NCBI RefSeq assembly: GCF_009834535.1
Contig: NC_045729.1
Location: 19,096,001-19,160,000 of the forward strand
Source: Camelus ferus
Lineage: Eukaryota
DNA: 64,000 nucleotides
Direction of reading: 5' to 3'
How positions within the stretch are numbered: position 1 is the stretch's first letter; each line of letters opens with the position of its first letter. Below, piece by piece: positions 27,417 through 50,300 of this stretch. The notes beneath the pieces were generated by a model. That model worked only from the letters and a program-made list of their open reading frames with translations. It had not been told where the DNA came from and did not search any database. The translations under genes and the position numbers were made by a program.

Positions 27417-27422
27417 AATAAA
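27417..27422 (+). terminator. NRIP2: Probable NRIP2 polyadenylation signal
   Basis: AATAAA about 1.4 kb after the stop, followed by T/GT-rich sequence. Confidence 0.7.
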
Positions 27423-27583
27423 CACCTGTTTCTCTAAGCCACTGTCCTCTGCTTCTCAGACACTGAACAAGGAGTCCGTCCTGACTCCCTTTCAGGAGGA
27501 AATGTGACTGTGGACCTTCCCCTGGGCTGACCCATCTGGCTCGGGGTCTGTATAATCAAGAGCAATGCCTTCAAACTCCTCTA

Positions 27584-27695
27584 TATTTATTTTTGGGGGG
27601 AGATAATTAGTTTACTTACTTAATAGAGGTGCTGAGGACTGGACCCAGGACCTCATGCATGCTAGGCACGTGCTCCGCCGAGTTCTACCCTCTCC
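27584..27695 (-). mobile_element. Vic-1-like SINE (diverged)
   Basis: ggacccaggacctcatgcatgctaggcacg; approximate TSD tcaaactcctcta / tcaagctccccta. Confidence 0.78.
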
Positions 27696-28202
27696 TCAAG
27701 CTCCCCTAAACACAACTCTCAGCAGAAAGCATCTTCTAAGTCACACTCAGTACACACACGCACCAACAAGCAGAACGCAACAGTGCTTCCCCATCCTGTG
27801 CGCAATATACTGATGTTTTCTACCTTACTTCAGTCTGCCTCCCTGATCCAAAAAATGCCAACCACCACCCACCAAAGGATCCCAACCTACAGTCTGAAAA
27901 CCACTGATTCAGAGCACAGGGGTCAAAAGCAGAAGGGATATGAATGGCCCGATTCTGACTGTGGCCTGCATTACAAGCCGGCATCAGGCTGTAAACGTCT
28001 CCTGTCTTAGAGACAAGGATGAGTTTTGGGGGAAATGGGAGCAAGGCCTGGGAAGCTACACGGTACTTGAAGAACACAGCAAAACGAGGAAGTGCTGACC
28101 TGGTTTCCCAGGTGAAGAGAGGAAAATCATCTCAGGGTCGGTGGGATGTGGTAAGACGACATGGTAAATTGTCCTGAGAGACCCCTCAGAAAGAAAACAA
28201 AC

Positions 28203-28692
28203 GCAGACGTTCCCCGACCTACGGTTTTTTTTTTTTTTTTTTTACTTTATGATGGAACAAAAGCAATACTGCACAATGCAGTAGAAAGGGCACTATGGGT
28301 TTTGATCTTCCCCAGCTAGCGACACAAGGTCCGGTCCCCTCTCGTGATGCTCAGCAGAGCGCACAGCCCCCAGGCAGCCCCTGACCGTGAGGGTGAACCA
28401 CCTACACACTCGGAACCATCCTGTACCCAGACAACCCTCTGTTTTCACTGTCAGTACAGTATTCAATAAATTCCTGTGAGGTACTCAACTCTTTATTACA
28501 AAATAGGCTTTGTGGGAGCTGATCTTGCCTAAGCATAGGCTGATGTATGTGTTCTGAGCACGTTCATGGTAGGCAAGGCTAAGCTGTGACATTCAGTAGA
28601 GGAGGTGCGTTAAATGCACTTTTGGTTTATGGTATTTTCAACTCTCGACGGTTTATCAGGATGTAACCCCATAATAAGTGGAAGAGAGTGTG
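28203..28692 (-). mobile_element. Tigger4 (Zombi) TcMar DNA transposon
   Basis: TIR-like cagacgttccccgacctacg and gtaaccccataataagtgg...; internal cagtacagtattcaataaatt, gtgttctgagcacgtt, taaatgcactttt. Confidence 0.75.
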
Positions 28693-29109
28693 TAGCTGCC
28701 ACTCCCGTGACAACCACTAGTGTCAGTGACTTGGAGCTGTGCCGTGGAGCCAGCACGTGGGATGCGGCGGAGCCCTTACTGTCACGGCTCTGTTGCAGCA
28801 AAGTGTGTTACAGCTCACAAACAAGTCTGTCTCCCACACAACAAGAGTGGGGAGCTCTGGGGAGGAGCAGTGCCAGGTAATGTGGAGTGAGGTCGGGGAC
28901 CCTGCTCTGATGGGCGAGTGCACGAGGAAATGGGCAGAGGGTCACTTTATCTTTTCCCCAGCAGACCACGAGGTCCACAGTTCACAGTCACCCTGGGGTT
29001 GCCGCTGTCCCTCCTGTCACGGACATCCCTGTCGTGCAAACACCACAGATACCTTGTGGGGGTGCGGAAGTTCAGGAGGACCCTGGTTCCGCTAAGAGGG
29101 CTGGGCCAG

Positions 29110-38520
<9,411 letters not shown>

Positions 38521-41009
38521 TTTTTGAAAAAAACCTATGTAGCTCCTCATTACGAGTCGTGAACTCAGTGAATCGGAGCATCATTTAAAAAAACGAAATA
38601 GAATGGAAAAATGCCAAATAATGTCGAATAGTAAGGTGAGTATTAATTTTGTGGGAACTTCGTTCCAATTGTATACATTTACATGAGTACACACTGGCTA
38701 ATCATGTAAAAAACATTTTTCCACCCAAGGTGGGTGTGTTCCGTGGGTAAAGGTTTGAAAATTACCTCCTGTAAAGCACATTCACACATATTATTTCACA
38801 TAATTAGCACAACAATCTTTTGGGCTTGTCTTCTTACTCCATTTTTTTTTAACGAGGAAAACAGGTTCAGCAAGATAAAGCAATAAGGCAGAAAGTGATG
38901 GAGATAGGACTCAGACCAGGATTGTTTGAGCCAAACCCCAACGTCCTTCCCATCACTGGCTGCCATAGTTCCTAGGAAAGTCCTCAGGTTAGAAATCGGG
39001 GTCACTGGGATTCTGGGTCCTCTCTGCCTCTTGCCCACCCAGCACCAAGCTCTTGCCTCCCTCCCTCAGTGGCCTCACTCTGCAGATTAATGGGGCATCA
39101 CCATCATGGCTGGCCTTGGAGGGAAACTTTCCATGTTGCATCCGGTCCAGCCTTTCTCTGGGCCTCATCAGTCAAGGCATCAGAAGTATTGTTTTGTGAG
39201 ATTCTACAGGTGTTCAGTACGTTTTTAGGTTTAGGTGTGCAGGCCCAGACTGATTTGCGCATTGGTCTTTTAGACGTCAAGACAGTAAAAAATAAGGGTA
39301 TCTATCTCACCTGGTGATGCTGGGTCAGGGATAGCCTGCTTTCTACATCGGGATGCAGTGGGAGAAGGCCCTGGAGGGCAGGACCTTTTTTTCTGGGGGC
39401 CAGGGAGGGGATGGCACCTTACGTCCTCGAGGTCCTGTGGATCTGATGGCCCCATAAGATGAGAACGGGGAACAGCAGGTCAGAACAGAAAAGAGGAGGC
39501 CATCTAGACAAATACTGGGGGCCAAGACACACTCAGGCTTGTTTCTTGTGGCGTATTTTGGGGTTGGCCAGGCCCCTGCAGAGGCGCTGGGGCACACAGG
39601 TGTGCCTGGTTCATCCATCTCGCCATGCAGTGGGGCCGCCTGCTGCCTCACCCCACTCAGCCTGTTCTCTCCTGCCTCAATCCAAAGCTTCACGCTAGGT
39701 TTAAGGGGTAGGAAGACAACCAGTTTTAAAATGCTCACCACTAAATGTAAACCTAAGTAATTTTGAATTTTGTTTCTTTTCACTGTATTATCACTCTATT
39801 GTTGTCTCTTTTTCCAGATTTTGATTGAAATAGTAAGATAAACAAGTTAATAAATAACCCAAGACAAAATAAATGAGGGTCACCTTACTTCTGTCACCAA
39901 GCACCCTGGCCTGACCCAGTTCTCCGACATCCTACCCTGACCCAGCACCCACAGTGCCTTAGTTTTATCTTCCTCATCACTTGGGTTTCTTGTTCTTGAC
40001 CTTTCTGGGCTGGGGTGCCTGTTTTTATTTGCTCTGTGTTTGTCATGAGGTCATGTCATGATTGCACCTTGGGTACCATGCCTTTTGGCTTTTGTCAAGA
40101 AAGCCAGGTTAAGTTAGAAACGGAGGAAAGGTAGGTCTCCAAGAAATAAGGCGTGCATGAGTCTCCCGCTACCTTGCCCCTCCCCACTGTGCCAGTTCCT
40201 CGAACTGCACTGAGTGTTAGAGTCACGGAGTGGAGCACAGGCCCAGGCCCCGGGGGGCCATTCTCCAAGGGGACCCCTGTTCTTGGCCTTTTTCAGTGGG
40301 ATGGGTGGTGGGTCTCCAGTGGCACCACCTAGAGCTTGTCGTGTTTTAAGCCAAGCACTTGGCTTTTGGCCTACTCCCCAGCGCTGCCTAACCAGGCCGT
40401 CTTCCTGGTTAGAGGACATGGACATAGTGTGTGTGGTATATTCCTCACCAATCAGACGAACAGAAGCTTCAGTAGAAACCTGCTCGGGGAGGGGGAGGGG
40501 AGGTGTGTTAAGTGGGAAGCATTTCTAGGGAGATCCTTTGTCCACTTCTTTCTGCAAGAGTAGACAGTGGTCCTGTCCAGGGTGTTGGACAAGGATGCCC
40601 AGGTAAGAGACAGAACCTTTAAAGCTCTTTCTACATGTGAGGCCCAGAGCTTCCAGGGGGCTCAGCTTGAGACTTCCACTTCTCCATCCCTAATTCACGC
40701 TGCACCTGAACATACTAACAGTTCTAGAAGCCATGAAGAACAGAAACCTGTTCCTCACACTTGCTTGGCCTAGAAATCAGGCCGCCCTGCCCTGAGTGAG
40801 ATGCTGGTTTTCAGAGCTTTACTGTAGTTTAAGTCCCACCCTTCTTTACAGGCTTGTCCCTCCAAGGAAGGACCACCAACTCTGGGAAGCTCTGATCCCA
40901 GAACCTGTCAGGGTTGCGGTCCATTCAAGACTCCACTGGCCACTAACTGAAGGATGAAGAGTAGTTCTTGTCACTAGAGTCCAAACATGAGGAAACGGGC
41001 TTAAAATAC

Positions 41010-41135
41010 AAAGGATGATGAAAATGTTCTAGAACTAAATAGAGGTGGTGGTTGCATTATTGGACTGAATGCTACTGAATAGTTCACTTTAAGTGGTTAA
41101 AATTATGTGAATTTCACTTCAGTAAAAAAAAAATA
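41010..41135 (+). mobile_element. L1M 3' end fragment
   Basis: gatgaaaatgttctagaactaaatagaggtggtggttgc...tgtgaatttcacttcagtaaaaaaaaaa. Confidence 0.62.
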
Positions 41136-42264
41136 CAGACTGAACCATTTTAGGTGGAAGCACTCCCCGCCGTGGAGCCAGAGACTGGGGATCCCGGGGT
41201 CATGCCTGTCTTGGGCTGGGGGTGGGGAGGGCTGGTCCCCTCTTCTAGTCCAGAACGCTCCAAGTTCATGAAGGCATGGCTTTTTCCTGATCATTCCTCC
41301 TCAGAACTATTTTGTGAATCTTTCACATTCTTACTTTTCCTCCCAAAGTGGTATATTTAGTGCTGTTCATCACAGGCTAAATAAGGTTTTATTATGATTC
41401 TTAGGTTTTATAGTTAAGAATAGTTGGTGCATCCAGGTTACGGGAGGTTGGCAAGCAGCTGGGGAAGTCAGCCATGAAGTCAGCAGGAGAATTTCTCTCC
41501 AGTAAGAGGACAAGCTTTCCTCTTAGACGCCTCCTCGCTCTTACACCGGCTCTTTTCAGCACTGCCCTTAGCTCGCTGTCATCCCAGCCCCAGGGTTACC
41601 AGGCTTTGTGGAGTACTGCCTTAGGAAAGGGGAGGTTGGTATTGAGACAGAAGGAATAAGGCATCAAAGGTTCCACTGTTGAATTCTCAATTTTCAAGTA
41701 ATAGTTTCCTAAAAAGGTACTACTGGTTACGTCCTGTCTTTCACGTGTTATTTGTCCAGTTGAAAGCGGATGCGCGATTGACCTTTCCTCTCAGTGGCGT
41801 GGCTGGTGGACTGGAGCCAAGCACGGCAGTGCTGGTCAGGCAGGCCGGGCCACGCCTCGCAGGGTCGTGTGGGCCGTGATGGCTCAGCCTAAGTAGGTTG
41901 GGAGTCATCCACGGGTTTTTAAGCAGCTGGAGGGATTCGATTAGGATGCAGCGCAAAGTGGCCGGAATGCAAGAGAAGAGCCTTTCCTAGGAGGGGAGGG
42001 CAGGCTGGAGGCACACGGAGATGTGGGGAAGGCGCTGCTAGAATGGAGACTGGAAAAACTGCGATGACATTTATAGAACTTGATGTTTGGACCAGCACGA
42101 GGACAAGATAAACCCCCATTGAAAATCTTCCGGAGCCCACTTGCACACGTGCAGTACCAGCTTCTAGTCCTCAGCCTGTTCTCTCCACGTGGAAGGACGT
42201 GAGCACTGGTGAGGATGGTGCAGCCAACACCAGACAGACTTCCCAGAGTGGAGTAGACAGTGGG

Positions 42265-42270
42265 TTTATT
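42265..42270 (-). terminator. FKBP4: Candidate distal FKBP4 polyadenylation signal
   Basis: AATAAA on - strand about 1.96 kb after the stop, in an AT-rich context. Confidence 0.45.
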
Positions 42271-43574
42271 TTTAACATTAAAGACTTCTGCCCACTTTAC
42301 TAAAACATCCTCAGAAGACAGTTTTAGTGTTACATAAACCAGTGCTTGCCCAGTTCCAGGGTTCTACGGAAGTTGTTTTAAACTCCTGGCATCCTACAGC
42401 ACACTGAGCTGGGAGGGACCAGGAGTGCTTTTTTCCGTTTTTGCAGATGAGGGAGGAGGCCCAGCTTGCCCAGGACCACATGAAGCCTCATGGCAGAGCC
42501 TGGATTTGTTCTCACACTGCAGGCCGACCTTCTTTGGAAACTCTGACCCTTGGTTTCCTCATCTGTAATACGGGGCAGTACCTTCCTTGGAGGGTAGATA
42601 CCAGGACTAAAGTCAATCTGTGAGGCTCTTGGTTTAGTGCTAGGTCTACACCGGAAGTGCCTGTTGAGAGTTAGGTGTCCTCACTGGCCGCAGGGGCAAG
42701 TCTAATCCCGAAATACAGAAGACTGGGACGCAGGACTGCGGTGTGACCTCGGGAGGACACCCACGTTCAGCACCGGCTCTGGCACCAGCTGTGCTGTGCA
42801 ACGTGGTGGTACTTTCACAGAGACTGACCTTCCACAGGAGCACGGAGAGTCTCTTCTGGAAGGACCTGTACAAGCCTGCGGGTGGGCGGACTACCCGTAT
42901 CACTGTGCAGAAAGGACCTGGGAGCCCACACACGAGGGAGGCGGCACAAGTACAGGCCTTGGCCTGCAAGCAGTTCTCCGGACAAGGCTCAGCATGGCTG
43001 CCATGCCCCTTGGCCTCTCCCAGTGCCCCTAGTGCCCTGGGAGTCAGGGGTCAGAGCAGTTCAAGTGTAAGGACAAGAAGAAAGCTGGAGAGTGGGCCGG
43101 AGGGGCTGCCAGAGCTCCCAGGCTTGACTGTCCCTCCCTCTCCCCTTAATTGCGTGAAAGGAGACTGACAGGTGTTGCTGACAACACTGGTGTCACCTTG
43201 TTAGGTAACCAGGAAAGCGTGAACTTCCTACTGCATCAGTGAGGTGAACGCAGATAAATCTAACCTCAAGACGAACTCCCAGTTCCTGCAATTTAGATGT
43301 TTGTGTTTCCCTCTTCCTAAGTGTTAGGGAAGAAGACCGGCTACTGAAACCCACCAGGCTGCTGGGGGAGGGAGCACGGGGACCACGAGGCCGGCCTTCG
43401 CACAGGCCCCGGCTACAGCCCGCGGGTTCCGTATTAGCTGCCGAGTTTTAAGCAGGAGTGGGGATAAGGTGGGCGACTCCTTTAATTTTGCCCCCTTGGT
43501 GTAGCCACCCACCTCACCCATCCCTGAGGCCAAAGAGAAAGGGCTGCCTGACACCCAGGTTTGATTGTTTCCAT

Positions 43575-43580
43575 TTTATT
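43575..43580 (-). terminator. FKBP4: FKBP4 proximal polyadenylation signal
   Basis: AATAAA on - strand about 650 nt after the stop. Confidence 0.7.
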
Positions 43581-44233
43581 GCTCAAACACGGAACTTGAG
43601 GCGAGCCTGGACCTTCAGCAACGTGCAGAGAAGAGGCTGAGGGGGTGGGGACACGGCCTGGCTGAGAAAGGGAAATACTGGAAGGGGTACAGGGGGTGGT
43701 CACCATGACACCAGAAGACACCATCAGCCACACCATCTGGGGCGAGGAAGGGAGCAGAGAGGAAACGGGCACAGCAGTGGTTTTTCCCGTGCCCCTAGCA
43801 CCCACATGGAGGCCACGTGTTTGGAAATAGACCGGGAGGAGGAAAGGGCTGTCTGGAGTCTCCCTCTCCACCCTGCTTTCTCGTCAGACTTCACATCCCT
43901 ACCACTTGCCCCTTCTACCATCTGGAAAATGGACACAGCGAACAGAGGAAGCAAAATAAATTAACGTTCCGATGAGTGTGCACGTGGGTAGACATTCGTT
44001 CCCATGTGATGAGGGAAGGGGCGAGGGAAGGGGGGGTGACACCACCTAAAATGACCCTCCACCTCGATTCCCCAGCCCAGTCCTTTCCCCCTTCCCCCAA
44101 AGCCACCATCCAACCAGATAGAAAAATAAAGGTCTAATTCACTCAGAATTCTTCAGTTTTTACAAAACTAACAGGGTGGAGCAGGGGAGGGAGCGGGGAG
44201 GCAGGCAGCCGCGGGAGCAGGGCTGGGGAGGGG

Positions 44234-44341
44234 CTATGCTTCTGCCTCCACCTGAGGCTGGCTCCCGGGTGCCGCATCCTTCTGCTCATCCTTCATCTCT
44301 GTGTCGGCCTGACGGCCGCCTGCAGCTGTGGCTGCCTTGGC
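44234..44341 (-). CDS. FKBP4: FKBP4 exon 10, coding part
   Basis: AKAATAAGG...SQPQVEAEA; TAG at 44236-44234. Confidence 0.94.
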   Translation of the reverse strand, partial: AKAATAAGGRQADTEMKDEQKDAAPGSQPQVEAEA

Positions 44342-47300
44342 CTGCAACAAGGAGAGGGAGGGATGAATCCTAGTTCTCATCTGGCCCTGTCCCTCTGATG
44401 GGAAAGTCACTTACTCCCTGTCCCTCTGCCACCTGCGATCTGATGGCACCCCTGTATTTGCCTAGCACGTGACGCCTGTACAGTCTGTGCCCAAACTGCG
44501 GATTCCCCCAAGTGAAAAAAAATACACGCTAACTTCTGACAGAATTACACGGACACAGCAACTCCCTTTTTAGATGTCCTAAAGATAGAGCTGCACATGT
44601 ACAAAATTATGAATTCACATCATCATTTACTGCACTACTGTGTAAGATGGTACTTACCCAGGGTAGCTACTACCACGTGTGGATACTGAACACTTAACTA
44701 TGCTGGTTTAGAGGCGAGGGTATAGCTGAGTGGCAGAGCGTGTGCTTAGCATACATAAATGAGGTCCTGGGCTCAATCCCCGGTACCTCCTCTAAAAAAC
44801 CAAATAAACCTAATTAACCCCCCCCAATAATAAAAAAATAAAAAATAAATATGGCTGGTTCAGAGTGATTTAAATATAAAATACACATTGGATTTTGAAG
44901 ACTTAGCCTGAAAAAAAAATACGTAAGTACAATTTTTAAAGATTACATGCTACAATTTTTAGATACCTAACCTGAGTTTTTTTTTTTGGGGGGGGGGAAT
45001 TAGGTTTTATTTATGTTTTTTTTTTAAATGGAGGGACTGGGGACTGAACCCAGGACCCTGTGCATGCTAAGCACATGCTCTTTACCACTGAGCTATTCCC
45101 TCGCCCTAGATACCTGCGTTTCTGAAACCTGTGTTTTACATGGGCACAAGGAACGTGAGCACAGAGCAGCCAGCCTGACCCTGGGGCCTGATCCTGCAAG
45201 AATGCCGGCCGTCAGAAGGGCTTTTACTGAGAACACGTGTGCTACCGCTCCAGGGACTAGGACAGCTTCTGGCTTCCGTGACTGGACAGAGAGCCCGTGC
45301 TGGCTGGGCTGGGCACGGGGACAAGGTAGCGCCCCCTTCTCTGTCCACCCGAACTGCTCCCTGTCCCCATCCTCGCTCACCTTGCTCTCCTCCTCAGCCA
45401 GCCTCTCAAACATGTTGGCATAGAGCTTCTTCTCCCGAGCGAGCTGCTTGCGGATCCGCTGCTGGCAGATAGCCAGCTGGGCCCTGGCAGCTTTGTTGCT
45501 GGGGTAGAGCTGCAGGACCTTCTGGAAGTCAGCCCGTGCCAAGTCGAAGTCATTCACTGCCAGGTGGGCCTCTCCCCGGCGGAAAAGGCCCTTCTCATTG
45601 TTGCTGTCCAGTTCCAAGGCCTAAGACACAGGGAGGAAGCAACAGCAAGACCTCAGATCCTGCAGCTTCTCAGTCCAAGACTGGGCTCCAAAGGTGGCCC
45701 TCAGTGGGATGCGGCTGAACGGCAGCATTGGCTCCAGCCCGGAAAGGACCAGTCTTGGGCATTCCATGGAAAGGACAAGGTCTAGCAGGGAACTTCACTT
45801 AGTCCGAGAGGCAGAATGGGAAGCCAGGTCTTTAGATGAAAGAGAAGACCCTGTGACGTTTCCATTCTCTTTAGGGTGAGGCAGGCACAGGGAAGGGCGA
45901 GCCGGGGAGGAAGTGCGGGGGCCGTTCTTCCATCCAACGTCTCCTTCTACCTCTGCCGCCACCTCCTACCACTAAGGCCAAGGTGTTGGCTCCTGGGTCC
46001 TCGGTCTCAAGAGTTCTGCTGCTCCGCCTGCCCCCACCACCCTAGTCACTGAGGCAAGTTTCAGACACTCCAGCAGCTCACCTGACCTTGCCTGTGAAAG
46101 CTACCTCCGCGCCCTCACCTTGTTACAGTTTTCAACAGCAGCTGAGAAGGCGTGTAGTTTCAGATGACACATGGCCAGGTTGAGGTGGGAGGCCAGCCGA
46201 AGGGCCTGTGCCTTCTGCGCGTCCTCATCAGACAAACTCGACTCGTATTCCAGCCAGGACACAATCTTCTTGTACTGCAGTAAAGCTTGCTTGTACTTGC
46301 CTTCCTAGAATGGGAGGGAGGCTCAGGCACAGAGCACAGGCTCAGCAGCCCCAGGCCGTCGCACCCTGGAGTCACCAGTGACCCATGGCCTGCGCGAGTC
46401 CTGCCTCCCCTACACCCCCAGGCTCAACCAGCTGGCTCTCATATGCTCGGCGAAGGTGGCAGGTGCCAGCCTGCCCCCTCCACAGCAGAACGTGCGCTCA
46501 GTCGTGGGGAGAAGGCGAATGCAGAGGCGCCCCCACGGGCTGGCCACGGGGCCACAGCCGTAGGCTCACCTTGAAGTGCACGGTGCCCCGCTCTTTCACT
46601 ATGGCGCTCTGCTCCAGCTTCTCCTCTGAACTCATCTCCCAAGACTCCTTGGCCTGCCAGACACCCAGGGGTGAACAAGTTGTCAGCTGCCCCAGAGAGT
46701 CACCTCTTGGGGGAAGCTGACTTCACGGTAGGGAAGACCATGAACAAACCCACCTTCTCAAAACTCTTCAGATGGACTTCGTATTTCAGCTCAGCATTTG
46801 GTGGGATCTGGAACTTTTCCTTCCCAACACTGCCAAAGGCATGGCTGTGGGGACAAGAAAACACTAGGTCACCTCAGCAGCACTTAACCCGCTCCCCACT
46901 GGAAAGGCTTCTTCCTTCCTGGAAAAGTTCCTCCCCATCCCTTGAGTCTTGGTGCAATGTTTCCTGCTCGGCAAAATCCTCCCCGACCTCTTAGAGTTAG
47001 TTGGTCTCTTAGTGTCTCACACACCCTCCTCATAACTCATGCTACGTACTGGAATGCTTACTAATTTAAATGGAGTCACTAAACAAGAGTCACTAGAAGG
47101 CACAGATAATGTCTTTGAATACTAAGGAATTTTTAGCATTGTGCCTGGCACACAGTAGGTGTGTTTCAGTAAGTATCATTAATGACTGAATAAATTAATG
47201 GGAGATGAAAATCTTGATGTTGCCAAAAAAGGGAATCTGAAGCAGCCGGGACTGGATTCAAGGAGACGTGGATAACTGTGGCCATGCTCCTGAAGACAAC

Positions 47301-50300
47301 GAAGAGCTCATGCTGATGACTGTGGGGGCGGGTGGGCAGAGCCACAGGGAGTACATGCAGGGGATGGGACACAAGTGGCCAGTTACACAACTCCCGGTGG
47401 ACCTCGGCTCGCCCACCTGCTCTACAAAGCGCCCACACCTGGGCCGAAGTGTTCCTCACCTGGGCTTGAGGTACACAATGGAATGTTCTCCTTTTTCCAT
47501 GCGCTGAATGGCTTTCTCCAGCCCACAAGGCAGATCCACAGTCTCGCCCTCACCAATCTCAAAGCAGAGCTCGCGCCGGTCAAACATCTGGTCCTTGTAG
47601 TACCCTTCCAGTGCAACTGGCGAGGGAGAGGCAGCGCACCAGCGCCGTGAGTGGGCCGGTGGCTGAGGAGGGTGCCACCTCACCGCCTCCTGCCCCCACA
47701 CGCCCTTGCTGCGTTCTCAGACATGAATGGGTGTTAAGAGGACGTGGTCCAGTCCCTCATTTTACAGATAAGAAAACAGGATCAGAGAAAGGCATGAGGT
47801 CGCCCAAATCCACCCAGGGCCCAAGTGTCGGGATCCGAATTGAAATCCCAGGTTGTACTGTCTCACCCTCCACCATGGCACCGTCGTTGGGCTTGGCGTA
47901 GCCTTCGCCCCGAATCCGTATTCTCCTGATGATCCCCCCATCTTCTTCTTCTGTCAGGTCCTCCCCCTTGAACTCAAACAGCTCCACCTGTGGGACAGGA
48001 CGTCCGTAGGATGACACAACTCCTCTCTCACTCAAAAGAGTCCTTGGTAAATGCCAGACCCGGTCTGATCACAAGGGCAGCCACACTGGGCGTGGACAGA
48101 GCGGCTGAGCTCTTGGCAGCGGCCCTCGTGTCAGCTTCGGTAGAGGTGGGCAGGCCCCACGGATTCAATTTAACTGCAGGGGATCACTCTGTTACCTGCT
48201 CCACAGAACAAGCACACGTTCCAGACGGTCCTCACTCAGCCACCAGAGAAGCCCCATGCGACAGGCATTAGAAATGACCGCTACCTCTCAGGAGTCTTCT
48301 GAACATTTTCCAAGTACCCACTGATTAGGGCTCAACCCTTTTCAAGACTGAACATGTCAAATTCCACTGCCTCGGCAAAGGCTTTCCTCCCCGACTTGAC
48401 CCATGGGGGAGGCATCGTCCCCCTCCCCTTATCTCTAGAGCACCAGTGCTCCCTGCTGTCACTCACAACCACACATAGATCATGACCTCCTGACTACTTT
48501 CAGTTACAGCACACCTCCTCTGTGCACCACTCTTGAGATAAACATGCCTGAACCCCTGACTCTGCTGCTTCAAGTCTGAAGAGGGCTTTGTGGCTACCTC
48601 TTCCCACCTGACACCTCCATCATCCGCCACGGTCTGGCAGCAGCAGGCAATGTGCACAGCAGTGCCAGCTGCCCTCTCCATCTCTCCCCCTCCCCTAAGG
48701 GCAGGCCCTCAGCCTCGGCTACATTGTCTCCAAGCCGCAGGAAGGGCTGGAGGGCAGCCAGAAGCTGGGTGGAGATAAGGCTGGCTCTCTGCCTTGCTCT
48801 CTGTGGCCAGACACTCACCTCAAACACAAGCGTGGCATTAGGAGGGATCTTCGGAGGGCTGCCTGCCGTACCATAGGCATATTCTGGTTTGCAGGTGATG
48901 TGGCACACTTCCCCCACTTTCATGGTTGCCACGGCAATGTCCCAAGCCTTGATGACCTCCCCTGTCGGTACAGAAAACAAACATGTTCTCCTTGACTGGG
49001 ATCTGACTCTTGGTTCAGACAGTGGCCCAAGAGACTGACTGTGCCATCCATGCCCCAGGGGAAGCAGGACACCTTTTAGAAATGGGACCGGGAAGGTGGA
49101 AAACTTGCTTGCGATAAATGCTGTCAGGTCTCATACCTCTTTCAAAACAAACCAACCAACCACGCAACTCTAGAACAAAGGGGTTCAAGAAATAAGGCAG
49201 TCCAATCCCAAAGAGGAAGTAAGGTGTTCAGAGGAATGAGATAAAAATCAATATAGTTTCGAGACAGTGGAAGAAAAAGCAATTAACAGGAAAAAAATTA
49301 ACAGACTGTAATAAACTACTCCTTTTAAAGCTTGAGAATGTGGTTTCAGCTTGCAACAGCTTACACACCCCTATCCTACCAGGCCTATTAACCATGCCTA
49401 CCTTTCCCCAGGTCGAAAGAGAATTTGTCCTTGCGGTCCAGGCTGGAGTCGAACTTGGTGCCATCCAGCAGCCATCCTGTGTAGTGGACAAAGACACGGT
49501 CCCCGATCATGGGCATCTCCGTGCCTGTGCCCTCTCGCTTGATGGCCTGGGAGGAAGAAAGGGAGGTGGTGAGCACCTGAGGAAGGAAGCAGAGAGGCCC
49601 CAAGACTGCCTGCATGTCTCCACTGGGAGCACCCACAGACTCTTCTGCCTCCTTGTAAGTAACTCAACTGACCAGTCATCAAATGACTCTGATATGGAGC
49701 TTGGCTAGAAACTGACCTCCCTGTCTTGAACTGTGACATGACTTAGTCTGAAAAACTGGAGACAAAACACCTGAGTTCAAGTTTTTGTTGAATGTTCTTA
49801 TCAAGTCACTTTAACTCTCCAGACCTTTCTGGTAAAGTAGTGACGCTCGTCTCCGTCAGAGCTGTTACCGGGTTTAATTGGTTAAAGGCTGAGTAAAACA
49901 TCAGCAGCAGCAAAAGGAAAAGCACTTGTGCTACCTCTCCTCATCTGTCTTAAACGCCGGTCATCAGATCAGGGTCTGGTCTAGACAGAGAAGAGAAACG
50001 CGAGTAATGAAGGGAACAGGAGCAGTCCAAAAGAGGTAAATACCAGGTTGTGATGAGCACGGGGCTCTCTGCCAGGCCCTCAACTCTGACTTGGGACTTG
50101 AGCATTCCTGACTAGTGGGCTATTTAGGTCCTCGGTTTAAGCTAGAGTATTTCCCAGAAACTTGTAAGACTCTACTTTTCTTCTTTAGCATTTCTAGTAG
50201 GTGCCTCTGTGGGCTACCTGGCAGGTGTGTGGTTGGTTACCCTCTAAGAGCAAGCTTCCACAATGGAATGGACAATGAACTCAAGCAGAAATAGAAAAGT

